Notes under the pieces: model-generated
The model's input: only the letters and a program-made list of their open reading frames with translations
Database searches by the model: none
Told to the model about the DNA's origin: nothing
Assembly (NCBI GenBank): GCA_012295275.1
Contig: CM022678.1
Coordinates: forward strand, 16,306,001 to 16,370,000
DNA: 64,000 nt
Source of the DNA: Chrysomallon squamiferum
Lineage: Eukaryota; Animalia; Mollusca
Direction: 5' to 3'
Shown: positions 54,761 to 64,000 of the stretch, piece by piece
How positions within the stretch are numbered: the first letter of the stretch is position 1
Layout: each line of letters starts with the position of its first letter
Made by a program: the position numbers and the translations under genes

Positions 54761-56111
54761 TATGACAAAATTTTGATGTATGGCATATATACATTGGCAT
54801 ATTTTTTCTTCTTTTTAATTTTATTTTTCATTGTTATTCTTAACAATAAATATTAATGTTAATTATAACATATTTTATGTTCCTCTGAAAACTGATATTT
54901 CTAAGGAACATTTTTGAATCTACCGTTCCAGCTGTGATAAGTCGTTGACATTAATTTCAAACGAACTTTAATATTGTTAATTATGTAACTGTTTCCAGTT
55001 CACTGTCTTTTTCAGTTTTGTATCATTTGTAAATGTCATGCAAAAAAAAAATCCCCCCAGAAAACAAAAACCTTCCCACACCCACTAAGGAAAAATGTGA
55101 GATTTTAATTTTTTTTTATATCCCCACTAAAACAAAATCCTCACATTTATTGTTAGTCTTTATTTTATTTTTACGCAGTTGTCAGAGTTGTAAATAAACT
55201 TTCCTTTATAAAAGAAAAAAAAGTCTGTTTTGTTTTGTAATTTAATTAATGTGAAATTAATATAAAAAGAAAACAAATATATATTATTTGTTGAATACTG
55301 TACCTGGTGACCAGTAGTGACTAAATATTTTATATTTTAGTTCATTCAAATTATGATCACTTATGTGGTTAATTATACAACTGTTTCCAGTACATTGTCT
55401 GTTTAACGAAAAATGTGAGATTTTTTTTAAATCCCCAGAAAAAAAAAATCCTCGCATTTATTAATCTATATTTTATTTTTATAGTTGTCAGTTGTAAATA
55501 AAATTTCCTTTTTCTTATAAAAAAACAAAAACAATCCCTTTTGTTTTGTAATTTAATTAATATGACAGTAATATAAAAAAGAAATCAAATATATATTATT
55601 TGTATATTACTGTACCTGGTGACTAATACAGACTAAATACTTTATATTTTAGTTCATGTAAATTAACACCAGTATTAACAAAAAAAAAGTTATAAAAAAA
55701 AAAAAAATGTTTTTCTTTTATTAAAAACAACAAAAAAACCCAAAGAATTATCTTTTCTTTTGTAATTTAATTAATGTGACAGTAATGTAAATAAACAAAC
55801 AAATATATATTATTTGTTGATTACTGTACCTGGTGACCAGTACAGACAAAATGTTATATATTTTAGTTAATCTAAATTATCACCAGTATTAACATCAAAT
55901 TTGTATTTTTTTTGTTCTCCAACTTTTAGTTTTTCTTTTATGGTTGCAGTAAAAAAAAACAAAAAAACAAAATCACTGTGTTTGTTTGTTTGTTTTTATA
56001 CCGGAAAGCCTTTCTTTGTGGAGAATGATAAATTTATAACTCGTGAAATAATAATAATAGTAACGGTGGTCTGTCCAGCATTTGCGAAAAGGATGGCAGG
56101 AAAAGGCGTAA

Positions 56112-57508
56112 CTTTGAAGCCAAATCATTATGTGTCAGGTGAATCAATTTGTTTGGTTTTTATCTGTCCTGTGAAGATCTTCCGAAACAAACCCTGAAAC
56201 GAGAATTTTTTTATTAATTATTGTCCTAATACTGTCCTAATACTGTCAACATCATTATAACTTAGCAATGAAGTTGGGTATTGTTATAATGATCTTTAAT
56301 TACAATTTTTTTTTAATCGACATTTTTTTATTAATAATGAGCTTTAATTATAATTTATTTTATCAACAATTTATTATTTATCCATAAATGTTTTTTATTA
56401 TTAATCCATAAACAATTTATTTGTATAACAGACTTTCATTATTTATGACATAAACATTTATCATGTATACCAAACTTTAATTGTAATTCATTTTATCAAC
56501 AATTTACTATTTACAATGAACTTTAATTGTAATATATTTTATCAACAATTTATAAAGAAGCTTAATTATAATTTATCCCACAAAAAATATATTATTTATA
56601 ACAAACATCAATTATGATTTATCCTATACAAATTTTACTATTTATAACATACTTCAGTTACAATCTATTTTATTTACTAATTTTATTTCTTATTCTTGGG
56701 GTTTCAGATTTTGAAGACCAGGGTACAATATTATTTTTATTCTTGAGTCCCGTGTCCTCAAAATAATTGAACAAAGCCACCTCAATCTTCAGGGCCAAAG
56801 CCGTAATCTCATTCGTTGAGTACATCATCAGCATCTTTTGTTCTGTAATTTTGATATCAGATATTTGTTATTTTCAAAAATTAATGTTATGTAATTGTTG
56901 TATTGGAAATTTTATACTCATAATAAAAAGCAAATCTAAATAGTTAGAAAATAAATTTAGTTTGAAATATTAATACTGATCATGGATTTAAAAAATAAAG
57001 ATTAAAAAACAAAACAATAATTCTTAGCAGAAGAACCACAATTAACCCCTGATACTAAAATTATTTTTTCCATTGTAAGAATTATTAAATTAACATCAAG
57101 TTAACACATCCATAAAATGTCTTATGGTAAGCTATTTATTATCTTTAGTAACAAAGACTGTATAGATGTAAAAGACATACCGATTGGCTAAAGCGTCTCT
57201 AAGAGGTTTTTTAACATTCAGTCTGATTGGATCAGCGTCTTCTGCTCCTTTATTTTTCTGTTCTGATTCCGTTCTTAACTTCTCGACTTTCTTTCTCTCG
57301 TTTTCCTTCTCCCATTATCTTTTCCTTCTGCGCCTCTCTCTCTCTTTCTCTTTCTCTCTCTCCTCCTTAGTTCTTCTTTCTGTTTTTCTTTCTTTCCTTT
57401 CTTTTTCTATAAGATACAATAAATTATTACAATTTATACAAGTAATATATAAAAGAATTCTTTCTGAACTAAAATACAGCATAAATATTCTTTCGTTTTG
57501 ATTTAAAT
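56112..57508 (-). pseudogene. DIDO-like partial pseudogene, copy 3 (TFIIS-M exons), cut by the assembly gap
   Basis: Same junction as copies 1 and 2; the middle TFIIS-M exon has lost its donor and has indels. Confidence 0.85.
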
Positions 57509-57708
57509 NNNNNNNNNNNNNNNNNNNNNNNNNNNNNNNNNNNNNNNNNNNNNNNNNNNNNNNNNNNNNNNNNNNNNNNNNNNNNNNNNNNNNNNNNNNN
57601 NNNNNNNNNNNNNNNNNNNNNNNNNNNNNNNNNNNNNNNNNNNNNNNNNNNNNNNNNNNNNNNNNNNNNNNNNNNNNNNNNNNNNNNNNNNNNNNNNNNN
57701 NNNNNNNN
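57509..57708. other. Assembly gap (200 N)
   Basis: Run of N; a round length suggests a placeholder of unknown true size. Confidence 0.99.
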
Positions 57709-60700
57709 ATATATCTGTTTTCTGTATCTATCAGTATCTACATATTTATCATTTATGAAATGTTTAGTAATGCATGTAACTACATTTATTTTTTTTTTCA
57801 TATTTATTCATTTTATTTATTTTTTTTTTTTTTTTAATTTTATTTTTATTTATTTATTATTTTATTATTTTTGTATTTTTGTTTTGTTTTTCATTTTGGT
57901 AGAGGATTTTATACAGAAATATGCGTGTGTGTGTGTGTAATACTTTTAAGTTTTCAAAATGATCTGTGTTAATAAACCTGTTACTTTGGGCTAATCATAG
58001 TAGTTGAATTCTCAAAGATTTTAAAGTAGTTTAAGTCTTTGTTATGCATTCCTATACAGTTTTGTCATCCAATAAGTTATGTTTCTCAGTAGAAATAGAC
58101 TGTGAGAAAAAAAAAATGTACAATAAAAAACATCTGAATTAGGTGAAAGTTCAAAAGTAGATCAGAAAAAAAAAAAAAAAAATACTGAAAGTGAGTAATA
58201 TATGTGACAGAAAACATGAAAAATATTTTCATTAATTAAGTTACAGTATTTGTTTATTCTTTGCAACTGTAAGGAGGAAAACAAGTTTGTTGCCAAAAAG
58301 TATTAAACTGTAGAAGTTGATAGTTTGACAGATTGAGTTATTTCCCTTTTCAGAATTTACAAAAAAAAAAAAACACAACAAATAAAAAAAAAAAAACTGT
58401 TTAGAAAAACACCAGAAAAAAGAATTTAAAAAAAAAAAAAAGTGAAAAAAAAAATAATGGAACATTTTATTGTTATAATATGTTGAAGAAGTTGCCATTA
58501 GATTAGCAGCAAGCAATATTTTAACCTTTTTTTAAAGTATTATTATTGTAAAGATTCGATAAAGGTTGCTTTACCAAATAATTAAATTTCCAGATGAATT
58601 CACTGGTATGTGCTCTCCCAGAATGGAAAAATAAAAATATATAATATAATTTTTTCTTTCTTTCTTAAATCTTTTGTTAAATATGTTTAGAGTTAAAATA
58701 AACCAGAGTTGTTTTCTTATAAATTTGGATAAAGCTTTGTTTGCCAAATAGTTATTACCCAACTGAAATGTGTTTGTATGTATTGTTATGAACAGCCATA
58801 AGTACAAAAAATAAGCTGACCATTTTTTTTATTGATATGTTTCACTAATATTTACACATACAGATTTTTTGTTGTTTATTTATTTTTTTTTTTTAGTTGA
58901 CAACTATGAATAAAATAGTAAAAGTTCAGAAAGTTTTGCTGTCACACATTTTTACTAACATTTACATATTTTCTATTGAAAATTCTTGCCTATTTATATT
59001 TTCTGAAAAGTCCTATGAAGACTTCTACATTTTTAAATCACCAGTTAGTTTTCTTCTAACATATTTCTTCTAGTCTGAAATACAATAAGTTACATGATTT
59101 AAACTTACAACAGACAGACTTTGAAGGATAATTTGTTTTTCTTTAAAACCTTTTTGAATAAAATGTTTCATAAAAATTAATCTATTTATATTTTTCAAGT
59201 AGATAAAACGATATTTGTTAGCAATTTCGGATGTTAGTAAGTTACATGGCTAATTAATTGTACTAAATTAATAATAATTTGTCCTAATAAATGTTAATTA
59301 AGCAATAATGATGTGCCTTCAATGAATGATATTAAAGAAAATGCAGTAATCATTTTTGTAAATCTTATAATCCAGGAAAATACATCCAAGAAATGTTTTA
59401 CTGTATGTGTGTGTTTGTATGTAAATGTATGTATGTATGCACAGACATATGTATATAAGTATGTATGTACATATTGACAGACTATTTTTGGAGCACTATC
59501 TGGATTAGTAAATCGCCTGATTAAAATGTTGGTTAATAATGATCCAGTGTCCAATTACATTATAATCAATCATAAGAGGTCTTTACTAAACTGAGCTAAT
59601 AAAAATATTATATTAAACAAACAATTTTTAATTTCCATTTCTCAAAACAAAATATTCTTTCACAATGTGGAAACCTGAACTAACACTTTAACAGTATGTA
59701 TTTTGGTGACATTTTTATGAATTATAGGTTCAAGATTTGATGAAGAAAACAGTGGTTCACAGGTCATAGTGAAAATTGATAGACCCATCATAGAGAAAAC
59801 AGCCACTTTATCACTGAACTATTTTTATTGTTTTTTTTATTTCAGAACATTTTACATTCAGTTGTTTATAGATAAACATTATTTAGGGCTGCACTTTTAC
59901 TAGTGTTAGATGTACAGCACGTTTTGAAAGACGTTTGTTGTTATACACCAAATATAACTAACTTTATTGTTTTTTTCATTTTTGATATATATATATATAT
60001 ATATGTGGTAAGTATATAAATTAAAATTGTATACTTGTTGAAAAACATTTATTAAATTACTTTTTTATTATATATATATATATATATTTTGGAGGTAGAA
60101 TAAGGTAATGAATTATAATTGTTAATAATAATCAGAACTAATAATAAAAACTTTATTTTGATAGCCATTTATTTCTGTTTGAAAGTCAGGTTACGTTTAT
60201 GAACAAAAATTGTATAATTTATTGTTAAGATTTTTGTACGCTTTTGAAAGACATTTACTAATTATAAATGAAACATAACTGAATATTACATTTTGGATAC
60301 AGTTGTTAGTTTTTGAATTAAAATTGTATTATTTATTATTAACAAATTAGAACCTTATTCTTTATTATACTTTGCAGATGGTCAGGTTATGAATTAAAAA
60401 TAGATTTTATTTTTTTATGTTATTTTGGAATTGTTACTGCATGTTTTGAACAACATTTACTTTTTATTAATTAAAAATAAAAGTATATCTTTAATAAAGT
60501 TTTTTATGTATATTTTATATCTTATTTATTTTATATTCTAGTAATAGCTTTTTTCAATACCATATATTATTAGCTTTATGTTTAAAATGAATCCAGTTCT
60601 TTTGATATTATTACAGCTTGTTTGTTTGTTGTTGTTTTTTGTTTGTTTTCCTTTGTTCTTTATTTTTCCTAATACTGATTTTATCAAGGTACAATTTTAT

Positions 60701-62519
60701 GTCTTATTTATTTCCAGTTCTAGTAATAATTCTTTTTACTGTAACACAATTTATTTTATTACAGCTTTTTTTCTTTCTAATACTGATTTTATAAATGTAT
60801 ATTGTATCTTATTTATTTACAGTTCTAGTAATATTTTTTTTTTTTTTTTTTTACCATAATCTATGTTATATTATTGGTTTATTTTTTAAATGAATTTATT
60901 GCCTTTGATATTATTACAATTTTTTTTTTTTTTTATATATTTGTCTTTAATATTGATTTTATCAAGATACATTTTACATCTTATTTATTTCCAGTTCTAG
61001 TAATATCTATTTTTTACTGTAATCCAAACCACATTATCATCTTTATCTTTGAAATGAATCAATTGCCTTTAATATTACATAATATGATTTAGTTTGGAAT
61101 ACTGATATGTTTTTTTTTTTTTTTGGTTCTTATTTTTAATCATATTTATATCCAGTTCCAATAACAGCTTTTTTTTTTTACTGTAAGTCATTTTATCGCC
61201 TTTAACCTTGAAATGAATTGATTTAGTTTTGAATATTGATACTTTATTATTCTGTTGTTTTTTTTAATCTTATTTATATCCAGTTCCAATAATAGCTATT
61301 TTTTTTAACTGTAACATGAGCTATTTCATCATCCTGGTCTTTGAAATGAGTCAGTTGCTGTTGCCTTTGATATTATCGCATATGGTTACGGCTACAATAT
61401 TACATCATCAAGACTGCAGTAATTAGTGTGTGCAGACACAACCACATTGTAAATCTTGTCTCATTATCTCAAAAATCTTTCTGTTTGTGTCTGAACTGTA
61501 ATCAGATACCATAATGTCCTTGTAGTAATTATCATAACCTTTTTAACAGTTGAAAAATAATTTATAATTTTTTTTTTTTTTTTTTTCATTGGTGTGATTA
61601 GAGAGTTGGATCTGTGTGAGTGGTCAGGATAGCGTGCATGCTTGCATGTTGTTGTGTTCAGTTTGAAATTTTAAACTGTTTTATGACAATACATATGGCT
61701 TAAACAGAGAACATGGTGGGGTTTTTTGGGGGTTGTTTTTTTTTGTAGCTGTGCTTGAAACTGGAACACATCTGTGTATGTATATATCTTTTTTTTTTTT
61801 TTTTTTTATTTAAATTTTTTTTTTTGTAATTTTAAACTGTATCTTGTTACAAATATCTCACATCTGTTTTAAACTATTTTTTAAAATTTTTATTTCAGTA
61901 GGATTTTTTTTTATTATTATTGTTTATGACTGGAATAGAGGCCTATTACCAACAAACTTTTTTAATTTTTATTTATTTAGTTAGTTTTTTTGTTGCTGTT
62001 TTTTTTATTTGATTTGATTTTTGATTTTTTTTAGGGTTTGCTGATATAGTTTTAATGTTTATGTCATTTATTTTCTTTGTAAGTTAAAATCTTTTTAACT
62101 GGCATTAGCAAAGAAACGTACCTCTATAGGTTTTTATTTTATATTATGTTGTGGTTCGGTTCTAAATGTATTTAGTAACCATCTTACCTCTGATATGCAG
62201 GAGTAGAAAAGCTGTGATTTCATGATCAACATTTACAGATGTGCATTTATGTAGGTGTTTCCATAAAAAGGGCAGTGTATATGAAGATCTTTGACTAAGA
62301 GCAGTACGAATAGGAAATTGCATAAATCACTGTTGCATAGCAATTAACATATTTGAGAAAATGGGAGTGTGGTCTTCTTTAGATTCAAAAATACTCACGT
62401 ATTCTGTGATTTGTTATGTAATGTTAGTTTGTATTATATTATATATTTATATTATGTTATATATATATATATATACCATACTACCATATCATATCTTATT
62501 TTATTTTAGTTTTGTTTAC

Positions 62520-62795
62520 GTTACCTTAGTCTACTTTATTTTACTTCATTTTACTTCACTTTACCTCACTTTAGTCTACTCTGCTCTATTCTACTCTATT
62601 CTACTCTACTCTACGTTATTTTACTTTATTTTAATCTGCTTTACTTTTCTTTATTTTACTTTAATCTACCTTTTTTTACTTTTGCTTTATTTTACTTTAA
62701 TCTACTTTACTTTATTTTAATTTACTTTACTTTACTTTATTTTACTTTACTTTACTTTACTTTACTTTATATTACTTCACTTCACTTCACTTCAG
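62520..62795. repeat. Pentanucleotide (TTTAC/CTACT/TTCAC)n simple repeat upstream of the sulfatase exon
   Basis: Direct inspection. Confidence 0.9.
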
Positions 62796-62845
62796 TGTGT
62801 TATGTATTTGCAGATTTTACACACTGAAGACTGTCAACTAGAGCT

Positions 62846-63032
62846 ATGGAGCTGGCTGTTTTACACACATCACTGTTTTGGCTGCTGCTGGCAGCAGTGC
62901 TTCAGCCTGGCTCATCGGCCGCGACATCAGAGAAACACAAGTACTTCAAGCGCATGCCTCGCCAACAGAGGCATCGCAGTGAAAAACCAAACATCGTTTT
63001 AATCCTGACAGATGACCAGGATTTGTTGTTAG
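62846..63032 (+). CDS. SULF1: First coding exon of a secreted sulfatase, most likely extracellular heparan-sulfate 6-O-endosulfatase (Sulf1/2 type; GNS not excluded)
   Basis: Signal peptide (FWLLLAAVLQPGSSA), basic stretch, then KPNIVLILTDDQDLLLG; acceptor ttgcag at 62813; phase-1 donor G|GTTAGT at 63033. Confidence 0.78.
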
Positions 63033-63037
63033 GTTAG

Positions 63038-63179
63038 TGTGTGTGTGTGTGTCTGTGTGTGTATAGCCGTTTGTGTAGCAGTGTGTGTGTGTCTGTGTGT
63101 GTGTCTGTGTGTGTATAGCCGTTTGTGTAGCAGTGTGTGTGTGTGTGTGTGTGTCTGTGTGTGTATAGCCGTTTGTGTA

Positions 63180-63213
<34 letters not shown>

Positions 63214-63333
63214 TGTCTGTGTGTGTATAGCCGTTTGTGTAGCAGTGTGTGTGTGTGTGTGTGTGTATAGCCGTTTGTGTAGCAGTGTGTGTGTGTGTGT
63301 GTGTGTGTCTGTGTGTGTATAGCCGTTTGTGTA

Positions 63334-63367
<34 letters not shown>

Positions 63368-63391
63368 TGTGTGTGTATAGCCGTTTGTGTA

Positions 63392-63429
<38 letters not shown>

Positions 63430-63441
63430 GCCGTTTGTGTA

Positions 63442-63492
<51 letters not shown>

Positions 63493-63504
63493 CCGCTTTG
63501 TGTA

Positions 63505-63540
<36 letters not shown>

Positions 63541-63674
63541 TGTGTGTATAGCCGTTTGTGTAGCAGTGTGTGTGTGTGTGTGTGTGTGTGTTTGTGTGTG
63601 TCTGTGTGTATAGCCGTTTGTGTAGCAGTGTGTGTGTGTGTGTGTTTGTCTGTGTGTGTATAGCCGTTTGTGTA

Positions 63675-63744
<70 letters not shown>

Positions 63745-63790
63745 GCCGTTTGTGTAGCAGTGTGTGTGTGTGTGTATAGCCGTTTGTGTA

Positions 63791-63830
<40 letters not shown>
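63038..63830. repeat. Compound minisatellite [ATAGCCGTTTGTGTAGCA(GT)n] in the sulfatase intron
   Basis: About 14 fixed 18-20-bp cores separated by variable GT runs. Confidence 0.95.
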
Positions 63831-63832
<2 letters not shown>

Positions 63833-64000
63833 GCAGTGAGGGGTAAAGGTTGTAGATTTTTTTTTTTTTTTATCTATGTTTAATTAGGCAAGGGTTTTTA
63901 ATTTTTTTTAACTCAATTTAATTTCACTTTTTTAAATTGTATTTTATGTAACTATATCCTTTACCTATGTTTGTCTTTTTAGCTATATTTTATTTTAAGT

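Noticed and set aside
57709-62500. Short hydrophobic ORFs and degenerate repeats (~60400-61310) upstream of the sulfatase
   Set aside because: Low-complexity AT-rich sequence; no supportable exons, although non-coding 5' exons may lie here.
63038-63830. CRISPR-like repeat-spacer appearance
   Set aside because: Spacers are only GT microsatellite, there are no cas genes, and the context is a eukaryotic intron.

Overview
AT-rich, microsatellite-rich, intron-containing animal DNA. It is invertebrate, possibly a mollusc or other lophotrochozoan, but this cannot be determined from the window. (1) Positions 1-22.4 kb, minus strand: a DIDO1/PHF3/PPS-family gene with 22 coding exons (PHD, Cys-rich motif, BRK, TFIIS-M, SPOC, disordered tail) that runs off the left edge and has three apparent single-exon frameshifts. 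(2) Positions 25.1-30.9 kb, plus strand, head-to-head with it: an intact 4-coding-exon gene ('gene B', ~1532 aa) with three copies of an unannotated ~100-aa module around a large disordered region. A Tigger/pogo transposon remnant lies between the two genes. (3) Positions 32.2-57.5 kb: at least three degenerate tandem copies of the 23-kb block [DIDO 5' half + shared promoter + gene B]. All start at the same breakpoint inside the TFIIS-M exon, and the array ends at a 200-N assembly gap. (4) Position 62.8 kb: first coding exon of an extracellular Sulf-type sulfatase. All coordinates were read by eye; family assignments rest on remembered motifs, not database searches.
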